Of a stretch of DNA of 64,000 nucleotides, positions 10,370 through 20,011 are shown piece by piece. A program made the position numbers and the translations under genes. Every line of letters starts with the position of its first letter. The first letter of the stretch is position 1. The notes beneath the pieces were generated by a model. That model did no database searches. It was not told the DNA's origin and saw nothing but the letters and a program-made list of their open reading frames with translations. The stretch is taken from assembly GCA_977017575.1 (NCBI GenBank), contig CDRNVI010000062.1, positions 62,001-126,000 of the forward strand, given 5' to 3'. This stretch comes from Paramoeba atlantica. Its lineage: Eukaryota > Protista > Discosea.

Positions 10370-13300
10370 TCAGCGAAATTCCTCCTGCTCTTCCTTCCCA
10401 TACTGCTCCACCGGCACCATTCGCCCCATATCCGGGCCCACCATCGTCTCGACATGAAAATCGACCGGGATTTTCATTTCCGGAAACAACCCGCTCATCA
10501 CTTCGCGTACGCTTTTTAAAACCCGCTCGGTGTCCTTCACCACCTCATGGACTTTTTCCTTTCGACAATCGATCCACACACAGTCATGGACGGTGTTGGT
10601 GAGAAAAGCAGCGCCCTGATAATTTCCATTACGCAGAAAAACAGAGCGCCATAGGACTCCAATCATAATTTGAACAATCTCCCCCGCAAGTCCTTGCACG
10701 GGATAATTTAGAAGTTGGGTGTAAGAAAAGTTACGATCGCCTTGGGGATGAAACCCGCGAGCTCGGAGAATTTTAGGGTCCATGGTTTGAAAGGTGAAAC
10801 GGGTCCCGGTGGGGAGACGAAATTCACCCTCTTGAGGGGAATAGGAAGATAGGGAAGGTGGAGTCGTTTTTTCATCTTTTTCAGGCGATGAGTTGGTTTG
10901 AGAACACAAACGGTTTGCACGTGTTAAAGGATTTCCTTTTTCGATGGTTTCACCCTCCCTACCCACGTTGTCCTGCGTTAAAAGCTCTTTTTCGTTTTGT
11001 TCCCCATCCTCGCATTTCTTCTCTCCTCCTGCAATTTCCTCCAACGACTCCGGGGTGTTGAGCTTCACACTAAGCCGGACGGCGTCATAAAACCGTTTAT
11101 TCCCGCTATACACCAAATTCTCCTTCGCCATCAACCTCTTCACCGTCTCCACCTCCATCCCGGTATTCTCCGCAATCGTACGAGCCCCCGCCCCGTACTG
11201 CCGCTGAAACGAAAACACCTTCGCCCGCCTCCGCATCTCCACAAACCTCGGCGTCTTCAACACCTTCGCCTCCCGCACCACCTGGCCGTAGCTCCACTCC
11301 GGGCGCATCAACGTGACCCGTTTACAATGAAAATCCACCTTGCGGGTTAAATCCTTAATGCTCTCCGCATCCCCGGAGAGCACCGCGAGCACCACCACCT
11401 CCAGCTGGGTGTAGTCCACCTCCACACACACCCCCGCGGTCGCCCCGAACCGACTCACAAACACGTTGCGAAGCCCATGGGTCCCCTTCCCCCCCCCGTT
11501 CGAAGAAGCCGAGAACCCCCCGGCACCACTCCGCGGAATGTTTTGACAATTCGGATTCTGTGAAGCCAACCGCCCGGTGATCGTTCGACAGGGCTGCAGG
11601 CTGTGGTGAATACACCGGTCCCGTGGATTCACCATCGCTAGCATCCCCGTACTCGCGGCTTCGTAGTACGTACTCAGTCGCTTCAGTGCGCCCCGGAGGT
11701 TGAGTAAAACGGTACTGATCGCACAGCCCCTGGAGGCGAAGGCCTCGAGGACCGTTACGTTGACTGCGGGGTTTCCCTTTTTGGTTTGGGCTTTGTGGGA
11801 TTGCAGCAGGGAGAGGCGTTGGGTTGGGGAGAAGAAGAGGGGGAGGCGGCTGGGGAGGGTGAGGGTGCCGGGGGGGAGGGGGTGGGCTCTATTATGCTTG
11901 TGAGGGTTGTGGTTGTTGTGTTGGGGGGAAGGTTGTTGGTTTTCAGAGGAACAGGTTGGTTTTGAGAAAAGGGTTTTTGGAGAATGGTGGGGATGGTTTG
12001 TGGTCGTAGGGGATGGCGTACCCCTTTTGTGGCTATTTTCATTTTTGTGGTTGTTGTGTTGGGGGGAAGGTTGTTGGTTTTCAGAGGAACAGGTTGGTTT
12101 TGAGAAAAGGGTTTTTGGAGAAACCTTTGAAAAAAGATTTTTTGGAGAAGTTTTTTTTGGAGAAGGTTCTTGATTTTCCGAGGCTCTTTTGTGACACTCT
12201 TTGTCGTTTATATTCGTAGGGGCGTCATGAAGGGGAAGATTGGTTTCGTGAGATGCGTTGTTGTTGTTGTTTTGATTGGGAATTTTTTTTTTGTTTGAAA
12301 AAGGTAAGGATTTTTGGTTTTCTGACGAACAGATCTCGTTTGTGGAAACCTCTGAAAAACCGTCTTTTGGACAAGATTCTTGGTTTTCAGACGCTCTTTT
12401 GTGACTCTCTACTGTGGAGTTTTGGAGAGAAAAGTCGTCTGTATTCGCCTCATGAAGAAGAACACTAGTTTCGGTGGAAACCGGTTTTTTGATTTCAGTT
12501 AGGGAGGAGACATTTTGACAGGCACTTTCCATGGAATCTTCCATATTGGGCTCGTCGTCGTGTTGTAAAAGTGTCTCATCCGGTGGATTTGGATCTGTAG
12601 CTTGGAAGGCTACATGGTTTATCTCTTCTTCATTCTGTTTTCGTTTCGTTTTCGTCTTTACGCTTGCGATAAGGGGTACGGCAAAAGCATCGCGTGTACT
12701 CCCAATCGTGCGACCTAACGCTTTTAGCACCGAGACATAAACAACCTCCTCGGTGGAGGGTGGGAAAAAAGAGCGAACAATTGGGTTATCCGGTAAATGG
12801 ACCGGGTTTTCACCCCCTTCATGGGATCCCTTTTCTGGCTCACGCTCTTCCGGTTTGTTTGTCGACAAAGACGAGCCAGCGGCCTTTTCCTCCTCGTTTC
12901 TATTCCCACAAAGGTGAGAGAGGACGGCCCAGAGCCGGGGGGCGTCGCGGACACTGCTGCGGCGTAACCAACGGATCTCGCGCAGTAAACTCTCCGCGTG
13001 GGCGAATAAGAAAGCCAGAATCGGGGGGCGTTGTTGGACCACAGGGTCATAGGTTGCCGTGTCCTCGTTTGTTTCGTCCAGGTCTTCCTTTTCTTGTGGT
13101 TCGAACAGCGCGTCGTCGTCTAGCGTGGTATCCGAGAGATCGTCCTGCATGTTGGTACTACGGTTTTGATTCCTCAGCGGGGTACGTGCGTTTTGTTTTC
13201 TGTTCTCGGTGGATGGGGTTCCATCTCCTTTTGGGGTATCCCAAACTGCACTGAGTTGTAACATTTCCAGTGCATTGCGTATGTGAGGTTCCAGATAGGT

Positions 13301-14974
13301 CGCTGAGAGAATGACCAAACGACGAACGCTTTGTGCGTCATATCCCGAACGAAGAAAACTTTGGCAATGGGCGACATTCGAAAAAGCGCTGTAGCGCATA
13401 TACACCCGAAGCACGGGGTTAAAAAACCCGTCCTCGTCGGCGAGCACTAATCCGAAGTCAAATTTCCCATTCCGCTGTACGAATTGGCACACCTTTTCGT
13501 GGATTTCCTCAAAAGTGCCTTTGGTGCTGTACCCTTGTGCCTTCAAATAGGGCTCCGCGTAGGCTCTTCGAAACCCCGAGGGCCAGAGAAATTTTGAGAA
13601 AACCGCGAGCTCCACTGCCGCGCGTACATCTCGAGACGTGCGCAGCTGTTGTTGACTACTCGCGATACGCACAACGCCCCCAAAAAAGAGAGCCGAGACC
13701 ACCCGCACGCTGAGCCAATTAAAATGTTGTCGTAGCACTGCGGGAACTTGTTTCGGAATGTGTGCCTCCAACGAGCTACGCAATTTCATAATCTCTTTTC
13801 GTAAATTCTCAAATTGTACCCACCCCTCATGGAGATCCACAAACAGCCCATTATACTCCATCTCCGCGGTCGCTAACACGCCCTCCATCCGTGCGTGCAT
13901 CACAACCAGCTGCGAGCACTGCGCGGCTTTCTCAATTTGTCGTTTAAACACCTTTTCAGTATTTTTCAAATCTCCCACCAAATATTTCGACAACAGCTCA
14001 TAGTGAATATCCGAGGTATCCACCCCTTTCTGCCACATTTTCTTTATTTCATCGATTTTAGCACTTCCCCCGTACCGCTGCGCGACCTGATCCAATCCCG
14101 CAAGATTCGACCCCACCCGGACACGTTGTCCCGATAACAAATACTCCCCATAGAGCGTGTCCCAGATTCTTCCCCCTTTTTGAAGAAACGCTTTCCACTC
14201 GGGATCACTCCAGACCCAGAGCAGGTCAAATTTCACGTTGTGACCCACGATGACCTCATAGGGGTCGAGACACGGGAGACGCATCTCACTTTTGGTCTCG
14301 AGTTTCCGAGGGGGAATGGATAGCGATCCCCGGTAATCGAGAGTCCCCGGGAGGACCACCCGATTGGCCTCACAAAACGGGCTTGCGATTCGCCGTTGGT
14401 GGGTATGGATGGTAGTCTCGAGATCGAGAATAAGATATTTTTTATATTTTTTGAGGGTATCCTTTTCCCGTTGCAGGCGGGAGGGATGGGACAGGATGGA
14501 TTGAATTTGATTCAACACGTTTTGAGCCGCCGCGTCGTCGCGGATTTGACGAAAAGAGCGGAAAGGGGAGTTATTGTTTTTGGGGTTGTGCGTTGTAGGA
14601 TTGTCCTTTGTAGGATAATCATCATTGTTTTGAGGGCTATCGCTTTCTTTTTTCTTTTCATTATTATTAACATTCTTCTCTTCTTTGTTTTCTTTATTTT
14701 GGAATGAAAAAGCCGAGTTTGGGGTAGAAAAAGATAAAAATGATTTTTGAGATGATGAGTTTTCTTGAGGAGAAGATTTTTGTGCTTCGAGCAAAGCAGG
14801 GGTGAGAGAAAAGGGTGAGAGGGAGCGTGAGGAGTAGAGCCGGCAGGAAACCAAAAAAGGGGCAGGTGGAGCTGGGAGAGAAGAGGTGAAGGTATTTGAG
14901 GATAAAGGAAGAGATGTGAGGACGCGAAAAATAGGACAAGGCAAGTGGCAAGAGAGTGAGGTAAGCGGCGTCAT
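10370..14974 (-). CDS. Mitochondrial (kinetoplast) family-A DNA polymerase, POLID-like, with N-terminal 3'-5' exonuclease
   Basis: ExoI DLETT, ExoII HNVKFD, ExoIII YLVGD; TITGRLAS; motif A VDYTQLEV, motif B RRRAKVFSFQRQYG, motif C TVHD; presequence-like N-terminus; no introns. Confidence 0.93.
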   Translation of the reverse strand: MTPLTSLSCHLPCPIFRVLTSLPLSSNTFTSSLPAPPAPFLVSCRLYSSRSLSPFSLTPALLEAQKSSPQENSSSQKSFLSFSTPNSAFSFQNKENKEEKNVNNNEKKKESDSPQNNDDYPTKDNPTTHNPKNNNSPFRSFRQIRDDAAAQNVLNQIQSILSHPSRLQREKDTLKKYKKYLILDLETTIHTHQRRIASPFCEANRVVLPGTLDYRGSLSIPPRKLETKSEMRLPCLDPYEVIVGHNVKFDLLWVWSDPEWKAFLQKGGRIWDTLYGEYLLSGQRVRVGSNLAGLDQVAQRYGGSAKIDEIKKMWQKGVDTSDIHYELLSKYLVGDLKNTEKVFKRQIEKAAQCSQLVVMHARMEGVLATAEMEYNGLFVDLHEGWVQFENLRKEIMKLRSSLEAHIPKQVPAVLRQHFNWLSVRVVSALFFGGVVRIASSQQQLRTSRDVRAAVELAVFSKFLWPSGFRRAYAEPYLKAQGYSTKGTFEEIHEKVCQFVQRNGKFDFGLVLADEDGFFNPVLRVYMRYSAFSNVAHCQSFLRSGYDAQSVRRLVILSATYLEPHIRNALEMLQLSAVWDTPKGDGTPSTENRKQNARTPLRNQNRSTNMQDDLSDTTLDDDALFEPQEKEDLDETNEDTATYDPVVQQRPPILAFLFAHAESLLREIRWLRRSSVRDAPRLWAVLSHLCGNRNEEEKAAGSSLSTNKPEEREPEKGSHEGGENPVHLPDNPIVRSFFPPSTEEVVYVSVLKALGRTIGSTRDAFAVPLIASVKTKTKRKQNEEEINHVAFQATDPNPPDETLLQHDDEPNMEDSMESACQNVSSLTEIKKPVSTETSVLLHEANTDDFSLQNSTVESHKRASENQESCPKDGFSEVSTNEICSSENQKSLPFSNKKKIPNQNNNNNASHETNLPLHDAPTNINDKECHKRASENQEPSPKKTSPKNLFSKVSPKTLFSKPTCSSENQQPSPQHNNHKNENSHKRGTPSPTTTNHPHHSPKTLFSKPTCSSENQQPSPQHNNHNPHKHNRAHPLPPGTLTLPSRLPLFFSPTQRLSLLQSHKAQTKKGNPAVNVTVLEAFASRGCAISTVLLNLRGALKRLSTYYEAASTGMLAMVNPRDRCIHHSLQPCRTITGRLASQNPNCQNIPRSGAGGFSASSNGGGKGTHGLRNVFVSRFGATAGVCVEVDYTQLEVVVLAVLSGDAESIKDLTRKVDFHCKRVTLMRPEWSYGQVVREAKVLKTPRFVEMRRRAKVFSFQRQYGAGARTIAENTGMEVETVKRLMAKENLVYSGNKRFYDAVRLSVKLNTPESLEEIAGGEKKCEDGEQNEKELLTQDNVGREGETIEKGNPLTRANRLCSQTNSSPEKDEKTTPPSLSSYSPQEGEFRLPTGTRFTFQTMDPKILRARGFHPQGDRNFSYTQLLNYPVQGLAGEIVQIMIGVLWRSVFLRNGNYQGAAFLTNTVHDCVWIDCRKEKVHEVVKDTERVLKSVREVMSGLFPEMKIPVDFHVETMVGPDMGRMVPVEQYGKEEQEEFR
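11908..12121 (-). repeat. In-frame internal duplication of about 76 bp in the Pol I insertion (SPKTLFSKPTCSSENQQPSPQHNNH twice)
   Basis: 11908-11983 matches 12046-12121. Confidence 0.9.
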
Positions 14975-15229
14975 GGGAAAGGTAGAAAAAAGAAAACAAA
15001 AAGGAAATTTTGAGGATTCAAAAAGATTGTGGACGAGATCATGTAAAAAAAGAATAGGGAATAAAAAGAAAAGAAAAAAAATGAATATTGTGAAAACAAT
15101 TCGATCTTTTCTTTCGACATTAGATTACAAAATTTACCTTACTCCATCCGCCCTATCCCTTTTTCTTCACTCTTTTACCTCTTTTCTCCTTTTTCCTACA
15201 CCTTTTTCTTTCTCCTTTGTTTGTTTTCC

Positions 15230-15601
15230 CTACGCATCCGCCACAAACACCTCCACATCCACCCCCCGTGGGATGTTAATCGCGGTGATGTGCTTCACCA
15301 TCTCCTGCACGCAGCGCAGGTCAATCACCCGCTTGTGGACGCGCATCTGGAAGTGATCCCAGGTATTCGTGCCCTCCCCACAGGGGCTCTTCCGGGTCGT
15401 GATGCGCAGCGTGCGGGTGGGCATGCGCACGGGGCCCCGGACCCGGATGTCGCGCTCGCGGGCCCCGTTGACGAGCTCCCCGCAGGTTTTCTCCAGCGCC
15501 GCGGGGTCCTTGGCGGTGAGCGTGACGCGAATTTTGTGCTCGTTCTCCCGACGAACGGGGTGGGAGGGGGCTGCGGGTTTCTTGGTCGCCAGCGTGTCCA
15601 T
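15230..15601 (-). CDS. RPS20: 40S ribosomal protein S20 (uS10)
   Basis: [43 protein letters not shown]. Confidence 0.98.
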   Translation of the reverse strand: MDTLATKKPAAPSHPVRRENEHKIRVTLTAKDPAALEKTCGELVNGARERDIRVRGPVRMPTRTLRITTRKSPCGEGTNTWDHFQMRVHKRVIDLRCVQEMVKHITAINIPRGVDVEVFVADA

Positions 15602-15888
15602 GATTTTATGGGGGTAGAAGTGGAGAAGATAGGAAGAAAAATGTTTTGTTTTGATTTCGTTTTTTTTGTTAAAATCTTGTTTAAATGTGAAAGAGATGGT
15701 GGAAATAGGAAAAGAGAAAGAAAAATATAAATTAGAAACGAAAAGGAGAAAAATGGTGGGTATTTGAAGCTACAGAGGGGGGGGGCTCTCATTGTGTGAC
15801 TTTGATTCGCGCTCACGTATTCTTCAAATGAAGTCGAAGTGGGAAATGCGGAAGAGGTGGCGTGCGTCTACGTAGCGTATCGAAGGCA

Positions 15889-17358
15889 TCACCGTTTCTG
15901 AATTCCAGTGGAGTCAATAAGAAATGTCCTTTTCATTTCATATGAAGAAGAAAACAAGTTTTTGCGACGTAGCCCTTTGGGCATCCTTGATGGATCATAC
16001 GAGCCTTTCAATTGGGGATTCTGCGAGAGATCAAGTTTATTTAATTTCGCCGGCAAATCGTCGAGATGGACCACTCCGTCAAATAGATTCAGTGAAAAAT
16101 TGAGCTGCAACAAAAATAAAGGCAAATGAATGAGATTGAGGGCCCCGGACACCAGGTTGGAATTCGCATAGTGTTTGTAGGGAATTCGGGAGCCGATCTA
16201 ACGCAATTGAACCCTCCAGCTGATTACAAGAGACGCTTGTTTTATCATGCACTTATAGTGCAGAGATTTACTCACCATGTCCTTATCCCGCATACGACGG
16301 GTGGATCATGTGAGGTTTCGTCCTCGCCGGAGGTGTGCGGGTGCAGAGAGCTGGCGTCCCAGGTGCAGAGAGCTCGGTTGTCATGTGCAGGTGCAGAGAG
16401 CCGGATGCGTAATCCCCATATTACAGTTTCGGGGGCAATCCGGGTGCAGAGAGCTGCGACAGAGCCGAGGTGCGGAGAGCTGGGCGACCGCCAGGTGCAG
16501 AGAACCGAGTCTCGTCGGCGGAGGACACGTCTAGTGGTCCTCAAGGGAGGCCACCGTGACGCATGTCCCTCTCGGAGAGGAAAAAGACAAGTCGAAAAAA
16601 GCCGAGAGGGGGAAGCACACTCACTCCAGGGGAGTGAGTCGGGGAGGGGTGAAAGCGCGTCCCCTGCTTCAGCGACAAGAGGGACAGTTCCGACCTTAGT
16701 GCCGGCCGGCAACGGGCATAAAAATACAGTAAGAGTATGCCCGTTGCCGGGGAAAGAAAGGATTAACTAAGGAAAAAGTACCAACAAGGTACAGAAACAA
16801 ATGCGAAAGGGAGGAGGGCAGATCGATGAGAACCAAATTCCCGGTAAAACGATTCGAATTGAGCCGTAAAATATGAAGGATTGTGGGTAAGTGGGTGAGA
16901 TCCAAGCTCCCCTCCAACTGGTTATCGGACACGGACAATTCGATTAATAGTTCTGGGAGTGTATCCATAGATAGGTTCCCTGTAAATTGATTGATGCAGG
17001 CTTTTAAAGAAAGGGGTTTATGCGGTAAATGCTCCAAATGGAGATTTCCAGAGAGCTGGTGTCCCATCAAGTATAGCCGAGAAAGAGTAGGAGGGAGATT
17101 TTTCCAATGTAGGACGCCCCGCATGGCGTAGGCATTCCGGGAATCCCAATATAAATCGGTGACGTATCCACTATCGGAACATTTCACGTTCATCCAGGAA
17201 CACGCAGGAATGTGTACACTCCACGAGACATGGGGATTCTCGATCTCTTGGATAAATGCGGCAAGTTCGTACTCTTGGGGTAGGGAGGCTCTGAGTTTTC
17301 CAAGGCGTGCGGAAGTTTGATACGTATCTTCGAGGAAAACGAACGGAAAAGACATCAT
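15889..17358 (-). pseudogene. LRR gene interrupted by an insertion of about 0.5 kb (about 16281-16790)
   Basis: 5' LRR units end at LPSSLSHLFLY near 16790; LRR pattern resumes near 16280 (VSCNQLEGSIALDRLP) with a frameshift and continues through 15889..16152. Confidence 0.8.
16340..16506 (+). repeat. Six GGTGCAGAGAGC motifs with short variable spacers
   Basis: copies at 16340, 16362, 16390, 16443, 16469, 16494. Confidence 0.9.
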
Positions 17359-17950
17359 ACAAGTAAATAACTTCTAAAGAAATTTAATTGTCAAATAAAA
17401 TGTACAATCGCATTCAATAATCCTTGATCACCTAAAAAATCAATGTTAATTTTTTAGTACTTTTAGTATTTTTTAAATTTCTCTAAGATTGTTTCTTAAG
17501 AATGAATAAGGATTAATTCTCAAAAACTTAAAAATAAATCTATCAAAAAGAGTTAGAAAAATACATACATGTACGTAACATGACATACAAATACATGTGT
17601 ATAAAAAAGGAATGCCAATGGTATATCCTTCTCTCTACATAAACATTCTCTCTACATAAACCAGCCGTCATACAGATATAGTCCAGTCGTCATTCACAGA
17701 TGCGCAACGTTGAATCATTTTAAAGATGAAGAATGCACGATTAAGAACGCACACCTCGCAGTAGAAAAAATAAATTGTTTAACGGATGATTGGTTGGTAT
17801 TCAGGAAATGTTTGCTTCACGAAATGAAGCAAACAACTTTGTATCAGAACAATACGCAGTCTACTGTATCGTACAAACATACCACCCGAGAAATAATTTT
17901 TTCTTTCTTAGTCTTGCGCGTCCGAGTAAATGTCTCACATATTCCTTGAA

Positions 17951-18454
17951 TTAATGCCTTTCCTTCATCAATTCTTCAATGAATGCCCTGCCCTTCTGAC
18001 GGCGGCGTTTTACCTCATCTGAAAGCTCCTGATATTGTTTGGCTGTAAGCAGCTTATATTTGGCAGATATTTTCTTTTGCACAGCTCGGAAACAAGCCCT
18101 CGGATTCTTGTGGTTTCCCTTCTCCGCTTTATATATCGCTGTCATGAACATTTTTACAAACAAAGAGTATGGAGTAATTCGCGCACAATTCACCCGAGCT
18201 TTAAGCGCTTTTTTTCGCTTCATATTCTCGGCAGCAGTCTTACTGAAGGACTGGACTTGAGAAGGAGATAATTTTTTAAAAGCGGCATGTGCTCCGGCGA
18301 GATTTGGGTATCCCTTTTTACCTTTGCAAAACTTTGCTATAAATACACGCAGCGCACTTGTCGGGGCCGACTTCCCAGCCCACGGTTTCTTGATAACTTT
18401 AAGACGAAGCTTTGCGATGTTCTTGGCGAGCTTTGGAAATACACGAGCAAACAT
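17951..18454 (-). CDS. Basic mitochondrion-targeted tandem HMG-box-like protein (KAP/ABF2-like), copy 1, 167 aa
   Basis: start MFARVFPKLAKNIAKLR; SALRVF and PYSLFV HMG helix-1-like motifs; lysine-rich; paralogous to three other copies. Confidence 0.75.
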   Translation of the reverse strand: MFARVFPKLAKNIAKLRLKVIKKPWAGKSAPTSALRVFIAKFCKGKKGYPNLAGAHAAFKKLSPSQVQSFSKTAAENMKRKKALKARVNCARITPYSLFVKMFMTAIYKAEKGNHKNPRACFRAVQKKISAKYKLLTAKQYQELSDEVKRRRQKGRAFIEELMKERH

Positions 18455-18674
18455 TAGAGGTGGAAATACAATAAAAAGGAGAAATAGAACTGCGTTCAAG
18501 AAAGAAGACTTAACTTAGTGTAACATGAGACCTTCTTAAAAAGTACGAACAGATTACAATGTACGATGTACTGAAGTTATGAGATTGCTGTGACATCTAT
18601 GATTTCTTCTACTGGCGATCCTATCGATAATGAAGAGCTACCTTTCTTAGACTAGTGCGGTTCTAGTTACAAAA

Positions 18675-18968
18675 CATGTTCCAGGATTATTTCCAGGATT
18701 TATACCTAGTAGGTATACTAAGTAGGTACGGTATACTAAATTTTCTTTAAAAAGCAAAAAATTAAAATTTTTCGCGCCGCTTCGCGGAGCTTTCCTTCTC
18801 TGTAGTTGCTAGAAAAAAGGTGCCTTGGTCTTCAAATAAGATTTCTTAGCTGGGGCTTGCTAGAAAAGTTACTCTGTCGCTTCTAAAAATGTGACGTCTC
18901 TCGCTTCTGTTGTGTTGAGGGGGGCGTAGGTATTCTAAGTGGGCATGGGTATACTATCCTGGAACACG
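18675..18968. mobile_element. MITE with ATGTTCCAGGAT termini
   Basis: inverted termini; related hairpin copy at 31253-31368 and a lone end at 36625-36670. Confidence 0.55.
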
Positions 18969-19003
18969 GCTTAAGAAACCTTAAGCCTGTACTCATACCT
19001 ACA

Positions 19004-19829
19004 TAGTAAAAGTCACAATTCTGAGAATCACTAAAAATGAGAATTGGGCTGTCAACGTGCAACTAGGAAAAATGAGAATGTTATTAAAAAATGAGAATGC
19101 GTCTCTGCATGACCATGTTAACGTGCAACTCCATTTGAGAATCAAAAATGAGAAAGGCCAAAAAAGTTTCATACAGCTTCTGCACTTCCTCTTTATACCT
19201 AATATATTACTCCCCCCATATCCTAGCGTTGCCTCGTTTGCCTTCAGTGGAAAGGCGTACCGTTGCTGAGACAGGAAAAGAATTTATACGACTTGCAGCG
19301 GCCACGGTTCTTGGAAAAGGGGGGCTTCGAATGATGTACTTGCTTATCGGCCTACGATTTTCCAGGGAATGTTCAAACACAGAGATAATAATTCGAAAAT
19401 CGTAATTTAATGAGACTTATAGCTAAAGCGTATAACAACATGGGATTAATAAATTGATGAAATCACTAAAAAAATCATGAAGATAAAATTCGGGAAAAAA
19501 TGAATTTCACTGTCTCATATTCACTCTCTTTCCATAGAGTTCTTCTTGGGCTTCGCTAGGTTCATTAACAAAGTTGTCGACGTCAATGAGGACGTGCTGC
19601 TGCAGAGGGTTTTTATTTATATTCTTCCATGTACCTCCCTTTTTTGTGGCTACCATTTTTTTTTTAGAAAAAAGCAAATCAGTAAAAATGAGAATCCATT
19701 CAATTTCTACCAAAAAAGTGCTGACAACGTGCAACAGGTCAATTCTGAGAATTGTGACGAAAATTTGCAAAAGTGCTTTTTTACGCGGCAATGTGCAACT
19801 GACCATTCTCAGAATTGTGACTTTTACTG
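19004..19829. mobile_element. GAGAAT-repeat TIR element, copy A
   Basis: TIR (C/T)AGTAAAAGTCACAATTCTGAGAAT; multiple AAAATGAGAAT subterminal repeats. Confidence 0.75.
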
Positions 19830-20011
19830 CAATTCATCGATGACTTTGGAAGGACGGAATTATCAAGCTGGCCACAAAGCTGGCCCCTTGTTGTCGTGCA
19901 GAAACAATGCTCGTAATCCTCCGCGGGGACAGTCGAAAATATCTCTGCCCGAAAAAAGGCAAAATTTTCGAAGAAAAAAGTGTTCGCTTATTCAAGCCCT
20001 TTTAGTCCATT

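Noticed and set aside
10370-14974. Phage or giant-virus insertion suggested by the T7-like polymerase
   Set aside because: Has a presequence-like N-terminus, sits next to RPS20 in the host gene strand and has no viral neighbours; fits the kinetoplastid mitochondrial Pol I family
15221-15816. Alternative ORFs over RPS20
   Set aside because: Shadow frames of a GC-rich conserved gene
16340-16506. CRISPR-like array
   Set aside because: Repeats are only 12-13 bp, spacers are short and irregular, there are no cas genes, and the context is eukaryotic
16126-16770. 214-aa plus-strand ORF
   Set aside because: Spans the repeat-rich insert and antisense LRR sequence; likely spurious
17710-17949. Merlin relic next to KAP copy 1 (CLTDDW)
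   Set aside because: Only a TDxW-like trace; too weak to count toward the KAP-Merlin association
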